64,000 bases of DNA from assembly GCA_013265495.1 (NCBI GenBank), contig MU058153.1, positions 1,428,001-1,492,000 on the forward strand. The letters are read 5' to 3'. The position numbers were made by a program, and so were the translations under genes. Below are positions 54,241 to 64,000 of the stretch, piece by piece. How positions within the stretch are numbered: position 1 is the stretch's first letter; the number at the start of each line of letters is the position of its first letter. The DNA is from Vicugna vicugna. Its lineage: Eukaryota. Below the pieces are notes generated by a model. That model was given only the letters and a program-made list of their open reading frames with translations. It had not been told where the DNA came from and made no database searches.

Positions 54241-55050
54241 TTTCATTTTCACTTTTCGTTTCACAACTGAGAATATTAACAGAAAGCTTTTATGCTTTGT
54301 TCTTCCAAGTTTCCGGGAATCTCTTGGCTCTTTCTCTAGCCATTTCATTTTCTTGCGGGGTCATCCCTGCTCCCTGTCTCCCATCGTCCACTTCTTAGTC
54401 TCTTTTTAGAAGAGAGCTTCGTTCTAATCCAGTGATCCATTTGGTATCACGAAAGCCTTGTCTGTCTCCTGGGGAAAAAGCAATGCCCAGAGGGACAAAA
54501 AGTAAAACCATGGAAGGCGCCACCTTGCACCTCCCAAGCCAGTCAACACCCGATCCTCAGAAAACAGGGAAAATCAGGGAGAGGGTAAGGAAATCACTGC
54601 TGTATCCTGCTACCTGGCTGAATTAGTTGATTAATTCTAACTAAAATAATAACTTTTAACAAGGGGGATTTCCCATCTTATTTTTCTTATTTGGGCCATT
54701 TGTTCACAAAAACAGATTAATTCCATTACCAGCTTTGAACAAAGAAGGCCATGTTTCTCAGCTCACAGGCCTTTTCCCTCTCAGTTTTCTTGGATGCTCT
54801 GCAAGTTTCTCTCTTAGTTCTTTGGCCTTCGAGCTCGCCGAAGAGTGCCAGGCCTCTGAGCGTGCTCCTTGGCCTTCCTGCCTTCCTAGCAGTCCTCAAT
54901 GCTTCTCTTTGTTTCTTTCTTGAGCCAGTCCTGAGCTTGGGCCTTTCCCAGAGTGTCTCAGTGTTTCCACTCCATGGGGAAATTTCCATGGGTCCACAGT
55001 CAAGGTCACGGCTGTGTCTGTTATTTATTCTTGGACCCAGCAGGGGTTTC
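54241..55050. promoter_or_regulatory. Interferon/inflammatory enhancer-like motif cluster
   Basis: Four TTTC IRF cores (54241-54262), GAS TTCCGGGAA (54311-19), kB GGGATTTCCC (54665-74), kB-like GGGAAATTTCC (54977-87), ERR/SF-1 TCAAGGTCA (55000-08). Confidence 0.5.
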
Positions 55051-55204
55051 CTGCCTGTTTTTATATGTCCGTTTTTGAGTTAATTGGGCTAATCAATCTA
55101 ATGAATTTTCCAGAAGTTGTTCAACAACCATTGTAGCTATCTGGGCAACAGTTGGTACAGCTAAACAGTGGTACCCTCAAGCCTTGAATTTAGTTTAGCT
55201 GGAG

Positions 55205-55217
55205 ATATAGATATAAA

Positions 55218-55240
<23 letters not shown>
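55205..55240. repeat. (AT)n microsatellite
   Basis: Read directly from the sequence. Confidence 0.9.
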
Positions 55241-55248
<8 letters not shown>

Positions 55249-55916
55249 GCTGGGGGACGGGGCAGCAGCTGGATATGTTTAGAGAGTCCACTGCATTGGC
55301 TGGAAATAATTCCTGACATCCTGAAATGTATTAAGCTTCTGGGAAATATATTTAACATGTGATAAAACAGTAGATGTGAAAGTGCTTAATAAGAAAAGAT
55401 AGATATACAGGTACATTTACAGGATTCAGGTCAGAGAACCCTGAGCAGTGACCAGGGACCTTACTTTGTGCTTTGACTTTGCCACTGATTGGTGGCTCTC
55501 TTAACCCCACCTTTCCCGTCTGTAGAGGGGAGATAATACTTACATCATGGGGCTCTTGTGAAGAATTTTAGGTGGAGATGGATCGCTAACGCATTTTGAA
55601 AAACTGTCCTCCACGTTGAGAGACTGGTAGTGGAAGTGAAACAGAAACAGTGATAGAAAGAATGTTATTATCACGAATTGTGGTAATCCCAGAGGGCGAC
55701 AGTTTAAGCATTTGGCACCCAGTGAGCGGCACGTTTACCACTATTACTTCACGTTAATTATGCAGACGTAGCGACAGCCACCAGGCAGAGCCACGCAAGC
55801 TGTGCCAGCCCAAGGGCTCAACAGCTCTTCAGCTATTCCTCCATTTCTTTTTCAGGCAGTTTTGAACACACTGACTACACATGGCTTAATAAAAACTGTA
55901 AAGAAATCTTTTGGAG

Positions 55917-56297
55917 TATATTCGTCTTCTCAGGCTGCCCTCACAAAATACCGTGGACTGGGTGACTTAAACAGCGGAAACTTATTTCTCACAGTTGCGG
56001 AGTCTGGAAGTCTGAGATCAGGGCCCCTGAGGCTGGGTTTTGGTGAGAGCGCCCTTCCTGGCTGGCTGACGGCTGTCTTCTTGCCTGTGTCCTCACCTGC
56101 TGGAGGGAGAGCGCGTGTGGCTCTTCTTATACAGACACTGTTCCTGTTAGGATCAGACATCCACCTTATGACCTCGTTAACCTTCAGTCACTCCTATAAA
56201 GGTCCTAAATTCAAATACAATCACATTGGGAGTCAGGGCTTCAATGTATCAAATTTTTTTTTTCTTTGGATGGGGACGGGCAATTCAGTCCATAACA
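55917..56297 (-). mobile_element. MaLR solo LTR (MLT1A-like)
   Basis: aggctgccctcacaaaataccgtggactgggtgacttaaacagc...ttatttctcacagtt...caattcagtccataaca; 5-bp TSD TGGAG (55912-16 / 56298-302). Confidence 0.9.
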
Positions 56298-57409
56298 TGG
56301 AGTTAGACAGGTCTGAGTTTAAACGCGCTTTACTCCAACTAATGAACCGTGGGCTTAAATTTCTCTTTTTACCATTTTCTAGCTGTGTGAGCCTGAGAAG
56401 GTACTTAAATTCTCTCTGAGCTCCCCCCCGCCCCATGTGAGATTATATTATCTTACCACATACTTACTAAGTAAGTAAAACATATTGCAGAAAACTTGGC
56501 ACATATTAGATGCTTAGCCAATGCATCAATCAGTAGAAAAGAAAGAAACTCATTCATTCTTAATTTATTTTAATGCTTCAGCCCACCTCTGTCACCTGAG
56601 GTGAGATCTGCCTTTGTTCGCAGCTTCCTGAGTGGGGCCATTATATTCCAGAACACCACGATTGTGTGAGAGGAAGCAGATCTTGGGGGCTGGTGTGTTC
56701 CAGCTAATGCCCTTTTGGTTTTGCCGACCAGCAAAAGGAGGTCATTGTAGTTTAAGGGAATCTACTTAACGCTGTTCAGGTATTAAATAGCAGAGCCAAG
56801 ATTCCTGGCTTCTTGACCTCAATCTGCTGTTCTTTCCACTACACCAGTTCTCCCAACTTTTCGTCTATAGGTGACACTCCTACGACACATCCCCGTGGTT
56901 GCTGGCGATGCCCAGTTTCATCACATTAGCCAAAATGCTGGTCCTTTCGCTGTTACTCAGAGAAGAAAATCAAAATGCAAGAGAGTGAGAAAAATAATTA
57001 TTAAGCACAACCTTGAATGTCCTCTAATTGTAAGAATGAAGAGGTTTATTTCCAAACCTTGCTACTCGGACACATATTATAAGAAATCACTTGAGACCCT
57101 TCTCAAAATAGTAGTCCACTGTCCTTTTGTGAAATAGGTGAAGAGTGGTTGGTCTAAGCTGAGTTTAGCTTTCCCATGTGTTTAGCTTTTATCAAGAGAG
57201 GGGGGCAAGAAAACACTTGCAGGTGTCGCTGGCATCCTGGTTCCAAGATGTTTAGCCTAAACCTCTATGTAGGTTTAGAACCCAGTCTCTGTGGCTTGGG
57301 CATCGTTTGCTAGTTTCATTTAGTTGGTAGTGTTTCCAGCTGAGCCACTTTGCTAGAATTTCTCGGGGATTTCTCCCCCAGTTATTGTGTCTTGAGGGCC
57401 GTCTGACAG

Positions 57410-57665
57410 CAGTAACATAGCACGACGGCTAAGCCTGCGGAATCGGGAGCCTCCCTGCTTAGATCCCAATCCTGGTTCCAGGGTTTCCTAGGTATGGGAC
57501 CTTGAGCAAGTTATGTAACATCTCTGCACCTCCACTTCCTCATCTGAAAACCGAGAGGAATGATCGTCCCTGCTTCATAGGGCCGCTGAGGTGCTTACTT
57601 AGCGCTGACCATTTGTAAACAGCTTACCTGTTTTAGTACATTGCAGAGCTTAGCAGGTGCCACAC
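57410..57665 (+). mobile_element. MIR SINE
   Basis: ggaccttgagcaagttatgtaacatctctgcacctccacttcctcatctgaaaa...cctgcttcataggg. Confidence 0.8.
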
Positions 57666-58369
57666 AGAGTCGCTCTTGTTGGAAGCACTGGCTGTTTCTA
57701 CGACCTTTCTCTAGGAGCAACTCTTTGTACGTCTCCACGCTAACTCTTTGTACATCCTGGACTAGATCTAACAATCCATTTGTAATTCCCAAGTCTTCAG
57801 CTTCCTAGGAGCTTCAGATATATTTTAATGCTCTTACACCCCTTTTATTTTCCTTGTGTTTATCTTGCTTAGGCCCTGTAAAAAGTGTGTGCTTTTACAA
57901 ACTACAAGAAGTTTCCATCCTGAGCATGTAATTACCCTGAGTGCTTAGCTCCTAAATCCACAATAACAAGACTTTAGTTTGTTTTTCAGAGCTGTTGCGC
58001 TTAATTAATATTTATGCGAGACTTAGTAAAATCATGAAAATTAACAGACGTCCTTACCTAAACAGGTGGTGAATATATCAACAACTGCAGTAAGAATGGT
58101 GAAGCTATAACAAAATTTGTCTAGGTCACTCAAACTCATTCCTGAGTCTGGTAAGCGTGGTTCCCACATTTACTACCCAATCCAGTAAGTGCACTGTCAA
58201 GCCAGTAAACGTGGCTTTAAGGATATTTTAAGATATTCACATGAAATATGAACTTTACTTCATGCACATTACAAAAAAACTAAAAATAAGAGTGGCATCA
58301 ACACACAAGCGTTATTCTGTTCCAAGGAAGAGTTTGAAAATAGTGCAGCGTTGGTATACGACTATATAA

Positions 58370-58750
58370 AATCATAAGGGATTTAGGCTTCTCTGTCTCT
58401 GCTCCAACATTCTAGTACAAAGCTTTCAGCCTAAGGTCAAAGCATGGTCCACAGTGGCTGCTAAAGCTCCAGCCATTATGTCCACATTCCAGGAAACAGA
58501 AAGGGAGAAAGGAGAAAGAACATTATGATGTCATCTCTAATCTGAATTTACTTTTTTAAAGCATCACTCTTGGAATTCCCATAGGACACTTTGGTGTATA
58601 TCCCGTTTAGTCAGATCTTAATCATATAAATAGGTAGAGAAGATTCTGGGAAATGTGGTCTAGTATTTGGGGCTCAGGGTAAGTCCCAAACTAAAATGAA
58701 GATTTTAAGGAAGAAAATGAAAATGGCCTTTGAGTGGGCAGCTAGCACAT
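58370..58750 (-). mobile_element. Old MaLR LTR (MLT1J/K-like)
   Basis: tggctgctaaagctccagccattatgtccacattccagg...ctgggaaatgtggtct. Confidence 0.65.
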
Positions 58751-59029
58751 TTAAAATTAACCTTTTATTTTGTCTCTTAGTAGTTTGTTGATTTTCCTTA
58801 GTACTTAAAATTTTTAGATGTTTATACTTCCTATGAAGCATTTTTTCATATTCTTTAAATAAGTCTCTTTATAATTAAATGGTGATTTTTTTCCCTGTGT
58901 TTTTATTTTATGACAGTATATTAATATAAAGCATTAACTCTCAAAAAAATCTGAGGAACCTTCCCATAAAAGCCCACCTCAAAGAGGGAATTTTATTCTT
59001 TCATACATCTTACTTAATTTTTTTCTATG

Positions 59030-59500
59030 TGCCTTCTATGTGCCAGGAACTAGTTTAGATGCTGAGAATAAAAGAGGGAGCAGCGCAAAGTCTCAGCCCT
59101 GTGGGGCTTGCGTATGAATGGGAGAAGATAAGAAATGCACGAATCTGTAGTGTAACATCAGGTTTTGGTAAATAAAGCATAAGAAGGGACTAGAGCGTAC
59201 TGGAGGATGAACAGTACTATTTTTGAACAGGTGGTAGGGGTAGCCATTCCAGCACAGAAAACAGAAATACAGATGCCGGTGGGGGAAAGTTCTTGAAGGG
59301 GCTTATCCCTGCTCTGCGCAGGAAGAGCAAGGAGGGCAAGGTACTTGGACTTGAAGGATGGCGATGGAGACTTGTAGAAGATGAGTTCTACCAGAAGAGA
59401 GATCGGTAGACCCAGAGGAGAGATCATTCCAGGACTTTGAAGAATACAGATAACATACCTCAGTAGCCAAAGCGGAACAGGAAAGGAAATGACCACTTCT
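59030..59500 (-). mobile_element. L2 fragment
   Basis: ctatgtgccaggaactagtttagatgctgagaata...gcaggaagagcaaggagggcaaggtacttg. Confidence 0.6.
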
Positions 59501-59899
59501 GTGTTTTAGTGTTGATTTTTTTCCCTTCTGCAGTTCACCAGTTATTGAATGATGGCCTGCCATGTGTGAGACTCCTCAATTAAATCCAGAAGTTAAAATG
59601 TGAACAATATGGAACATTCCCTCTCTTCGAGGTGCTTTCTCTGTAGCGGCTTAAGATCTGCTCAGAAAGTTTACAAGCCATAAACTTTGTACTTGTATAT
59701 CCAGGAGATTTTATTTGTTCCTGTTCTCTTCTGCTTAATAGAATCTTTGTACACACAATAAGCCTTGAATACCGTAGCATAACAGTAAGTTCATTTGTCT
59801 TCTCTCTTGAAGACATACAGAAATCTAAAACCCCCATTCTATTCTTGAACCTGTCTATAACATTTGTTCCTAAAGAATGTCTATAGTGTGTAAGTGTAT

Positions 59900-60215
59900 A
59901 AAACTCTGTATGTATTGCTCCCTCCGACAAGCATGCCCTTCCTCCTTTCTCTGACAAAGCCTTATTCTTCCTTCATGGCATCGTCTGTGAAGGGATTTCC
60001 CCAGCTCTTTCTCACAAAGCTAATTGCTTCTCCCTGTGTTCAGCCCAGTACTTACATTAGGCATCACAGTGTATTATGATTATATGCTTATATTATCCTT
60101 TCCCACTGGAATTAAAGTTCCTGAGGGATGAATACAAGGCTTATTTGTTGTTGAAACTCTGATACGCAGCAGAGTGCCTGGCACGTAGTCAGCGTTTGAA
60201 AATGTTTTATGATAT
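59900..60215 (+). mobile_element. L2 3' end
   Basis: cccactggaattaaagttcctgaggg...gcagagtgcctggcacgtagtcagcgtt. Confidence 0.75.
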
Positions 60216-60464
60216 GAAAAAAAAAAAGAAGAAGAAAGCCCCATGAAAGACAAAGCTAATGTTAACGTTCACAGTCTGGAGTCAGTAGAAAATTCATAAC
60301 TTGTGTTCTGATTATGTAATCCTTTCCCTCCGAGCATCATTATTTGAGGGGAAGCTTTTAGCCTTTATCACAAGTCATTACTAAGTCAAATATGTGTGTT
60401 TTTACATTCCAATTAAATCTCCAAATGATCTGCTATGTGTATCCCCTGAAACATATAGTGGCCT

Positions 60465-61087
60465 TGATGCAGGAAAACAGATGTGGGGCGTGAGGAGGGC
60501 GGTGTCCCAGGCTTCACTTGAGCCCCTGGGATGTATCCCGTCAAGTGTGGGTCCTCAGCTTCGCGCAGGAAAGAATTCAAGAGCGAGCCACAATTGAGTA
60601 AAGGTAGATTTATTCAGAGAGATACACTGAAAGGCAAGAGAAAGGCCACGAGGTGTGGGGGTTGGGTGCTCGGATTAAAAGTAGGTGCACACTCCATAGA
60701 CAGAATGAGGCCCGTCTCCAAAGAGGGACGGCACCCGCAGGTGCCTGTGTTGCCAGGTTTTAAGAGCTTGGTGGCTTCATATGCTAATAAGTGGAAGGAC
60801 CAGTCTAAGTAGCCTGGGGAAGGGGCTGGGATTCCCAGGAAGTTGGCCATTTCCCACTTTGACCTTTTGTGGCTAGCCTTGGGACTGCCATGGGCCTTTG
60901 GGTGTGTTGTTCATCACGTTAATAGATTACAATGAGCGTGTAATGACGCTGAAGATCTACTAGAAATTAAATCTCCCACCATCTTGAGCCTCAAGGCCCA
61001 CTGGGGGTTGGATCTTTCACCATTTTGATGTTAATTGCTGTAGCATTCCTTGAATGGCTGTGCCCTGCCCCCTTCCATCCTGTCTCA
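60465..61087 (-). mobile_element. ERV1-class solo LTR, family B copy 2
   Basis: tgatgcagga...cctgtctca ends; perfect 4-bp TSD GCCT (60461-64 / 61088-91). Confidence 0.93.
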
Positions 61088-61368
61088 GCCTCACCCGCCT
61101 AAGTCTTTCTCTAATTGAGTCGACTTAGATTGAGTCTGTTTTATGATGGAGAGTCGGTGCAAGTCTGTGGTGAAACAGCCACTATGAGGGAAGCATAAAC
61201 CTTGAACAGCCTTACGTTTATAAGCACGTGAATTTATTTACTAGACCGCAAGCTCATCTCTAGACTGTGAACTCCTTAAGGACAGGCAGTGTAGCTTATT
61301 CATTCTCGCATATCTTACGCAAGTTGTTGGGACATAGGTAGTAGTCCCCTATCTGAAACCCTGGGGGG

Positions 61369-62258
61369 CACTGGTGTGCTGGTAAATGTTTAACAGCTGG
61401 CTCTCAGAAAACACACACACACAAAGAAAGTCCTGCTTAAAAAAAAGAAAAAAGAAAGCCCTGCTTTGTAGCAATTGCCTGTTTTCTTGTGTAAGTACTC
61501 CAACCTTTGTTGATTTGAAGCTACCACACTGAATTCACTGAGCATAAAGTTGGGAGAAGTTGGGAAGAAATGCTACAGAAAGCAAGTTCGTGTGTCTGAC
61601 GCCCAGTGAGGCCAAACTGAAACATCTGAGTTTTGAGCAGAGGAAGGTTTATTACAGGGCCGAGCAAGGAGAATGAGTGGCTCATGCTTAAAAAGCCCAA
61701 ACTCTCCAGTGGTTTTTCTGGGAGAAGCTTTTATAGGCAAAATGAAGGCTCCGTGACTTTCTTCTGACTGGTTGCGGGTCGGGTAACAGGGTGCTCCAGG
61801 AACCTTGTGCTCAGCCTGAAGCTACCATCCTCCACCTGGGTGGGGGAGCCTCAGTTCCTGCAGAAGAGCTCAAAGATATTGTCATGTATATCCCTTGAGG
61901 AGGACCCAGGACCCAGGACCCAGTTTGAATCACTGCACTATTGTTTCTTTCTTTCTTTTTTTTTTTTTAGCACTATTGTTTCTTTCTTTCTTTCTTTTTT
62001 TTTTTAGCACTATTGTTTCTTGACTGCTCCTTCTTTGTTTCTGCATTCCCTCCCTTCCCTGATTAGCAACTGTTTGACTCTTCCCTTTGAAACTCAGGGA
62101 AGGACCAGGAGGCTGAATGAAGCTTATTTCCTACAAACAAGAAACTGGGGACATGGAAAACAAAGGACTTGTACCAGGGAGGACCCCACAGAGTCCTCCG
62201 TTTCAGAAATGCATACAATTGGATAAGGCATAAGCTAAATAACTCCAGCTCACTACCA
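61369..62258. mobile_element. MER63-like hAT element split by an LTR
   Basis: Ends cactggtgtgctggtaaatgtttaacagctggctctc and ctccagctcactacca (degenerate TIRs). Confidence 0.6.
61571..62205 (-). mobile_element. ERV1-class solo LTR, family A copy 2
   Basis: TG...CA ends; perfect 4-bp TSD GAAA (61567-70 / 62206-09); colinear with 19975-20544. Confidence 0.93.
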
Positions 62259-62903
62259 GTAGAAGTCTAAATTTTTTAAGAATCCAAAATATTTCTGATT
62301 TTAAGAAACTAATGTGTGAATATAGTATATATTATGTAACACCGCCAGAGGAATCTGGGAAAATACTTGTAATAAAATATATTAATTTTTTTTGCAGTGA
62401 AACAAATGGATATTAAATACCACACATATAAAAGATCACTTCCAGTTTTCAGGGCATTTTTTGTAATTTAAAATTGCATAAAAAGTACTAGGAATATTTC
62501 CATATTTAAAAAAAATAGTACTTCAATGGAAAGCTATTGACAATCTATAACACATTCATCTTGGCTCTTTGATTCTAGTCCTAGTCATTGTCTGTGAGCT
62601 ATTTTTACCTCTAGAGATTATAAGTAGGTGATGCATATGCAAATTCTGTCTTGTCCAGTAGAATTGACTTCCCTTGCCCAGTGGAAAAATAAGTTTGTCT
62701 TCCTTTGCAATTTAGCTCAACCTTTCTTTACTCCATGTAATTTTATAGTGTTTCGACTTTGTCTTTGAACTGGTATAACATTTTTTGGATCCCTCATATC
62801 ATTTAAGAAAAATTAATTCCTGAACATGTGTATATTTTTATATTTGCATGTGAGTCATGATTTTATTTTTTTTTCTGAAAAGAAGTTTTAACACAATGTA
62901 GGG

Positions 62904-63392
62904 TGTTGAGGGACACAGCAGGCCGGTGTCACGGGAGGTTCAAGAATTTACCAGAGACAAAGGAAAGTTTAAGAAACAAAGGAAAAGTTTATTAGGTACA
63001 TTGCTATAGGCAATAGCAGGTCACACAGACTAGAGGCGCCTGTGTGAGCACCGAGGATGAAAGTTTAGGGTCTTTTATGGGAAAGTGGTGGTGAATGGAA
63101 GGGGCTGTGTGATCAGCTCATGCACAAGTTTCTGATTGGTTGTGGGTGAAGTAAGAGAGTTAGGGTCTGCGAAGAGACAGCGGGATTTATGACTCCAGTA
63201 AGGAGGAAACACGAGCTGAGACAAATCTGCCTGAGCTCCTGTGAGACTCGCCATTCCCCAGGGCTGCTAATTCTGCTAAGGCAAACACATGTCAGAAAAG
63301 GGTGTACTTTGTTTTTTGAGGGGTTGCAGGCAGACATCTGAGAGCCCAGGAATGGGGGTCTCAGGGTCTCAGCGGACACCAGTTGCACCATA
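62904..63392 (-). mobile_element. Probable ERV solo LTR (third family)
   Basis: Reverse poly-A signal (ttttatt, about 62987), TATA-like (about 63073) and CCAAT (about 63132) in LTR order; possible TSD TAGGG (62899-903 / 63393-97); ends uncertain. Confidence 0.65.
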
Positions 63393-63564
63393 TAGGGCAG
63401 AGATTAGACATACTCTAGGGGGCTTCTGAGGGCAGATGTGGATTGATGATGAGCTGTAAGAGCAGCTTCCCCAGGGTCCAGTAGCATATCAGGTACAGAG
63501 AGCCAGGTGACAGTGCCATGGGCTTCCCTGTGGGGTGGAGTCCCTTCAGTGGGAGGGCTCAAAG

Positions 63565-64000
63565 TGTTGCCGATAGATGCAACCAGAGTTCCAGGTTCTT
63601 GTCCCGTCCCAGAAAGAATTCAGAGACAAGACTTAGAGGTTAAAAAAAGGTAAAGTGAGGATTTATTAAAGGATGGATAGTACACTCGCAGGGGAGAGTG
63701 GGCAGGCTCAGGTGAGTGGCTGCCCTGAGTTTTTTTTTGGCAAGTTAGTTACGTAGGGTGTAAAAATGAATGGGCGGAATATTCATTGGGGAGGGAAGGG
63801 TTTGGGGTCGTATTCCCTGATTATCATCCCAACTCCACCTTCCCAAAGGGAGGAGGGATTTTTGTCCTTATTTAGTCTGGATTGGAAGTGTCATGGTGTC
63901 AGTGCATGATGGGTACTTCTGATCTGCAAGGCTAATTTTATTGAAATGAGGGCATAATGAACAAAAGGTTACATTTGGACACTGGAAATTCCTGCCTTTT
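63565..64000 (-). mobile_element. Probable ERV1-class LTR (fourth family), running off the window
   Basis: Starts tgttgccga; ggttcttg...aagaattcagaga...atttatt U5/R layout like families A and B. Confidence 0.75.

Larger units (their letters stand above)
61334..62495. mobile_element. MER46C-like Tigger element split by nested insertions
   Basis: 5' piece cccctatctgaaaccctgggg (to 61368); resumes at about 62260 with tatattatgtaacaccgccagaggaatctggg...attaatttttttgcagtgaaac...ttttcagggcatttttt. Confidence 0.6.

Noticed and set aside
55802..56419. Longest ORF (205 aa)
   Set aside because: Starts at GTG and runs through an antisense MLT1 LTR into a MIR; chance open frame.
58058..58104. Possible 47-nt minus-strand exon (tag|...|gtaagg)
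   Set aside because: Weak polypyrimidine tract, isolated, opposite to the inferred host strand, and no recognisable peptide.
22414..61087. Giant provirus bounded by matching LTRs
   Set aside because: Each LTR has its own TSD, the copies are clearly diverged, and no gag/pol/env or PBS/PPT lies between them.
61935..62021. CRISPR-like repeat-spacer pattern
   Set aside because: Eukaryotic context, spacers are poly-T, and no cas genes.
63373..63390. Possible primer-binding site (...tgcacca, tRNA-Gly-like)
   Set aside because: Only about 7 nt match, and the adjacent sequence does not repeat the neighbouring LTR end.

Overview
This is mammalian non-coding DNA, almost certainly from a camelid (camel, llama or alpaca), because it carries two TSD-flanked Vic-1-type tRNA-derived SINEs. 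No complete host protein-coding gene, RNA gene or CRISPR array can be supported. The only ORFs with recognisable protein similarity are pieces of a 5'-truncated L1 ORF2 and possibly an L3/CR1 fossil. The window reads as a regulatory / alternative-first-exon region (about 0.7-4.4 kb, with several exon-like units on the + strand) followed by a very long intron or intergenic tract. That tract is rich in MIR, L2, MaLR and DNA-transposon fossils and in younger ERV solo LTRs that are almost all antisense. I could not identify the host gene. The most notable structures are: a near-perfect 214-bp tandem duplication that copies an exon-like unit; a template-switch-type 59-bp insertion; two ERV1 solo-LTR families each present twice; a four-level nested transposon with TSD-flanked poly(A)-only insertions; and two STAT/NF-kB-rich enhancer-like motif clusters. 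I found no convincing wholly new biological system. Repeat family names come from recalled consensus sequences, not a database search, and the boundaries of old repeats are approximate.
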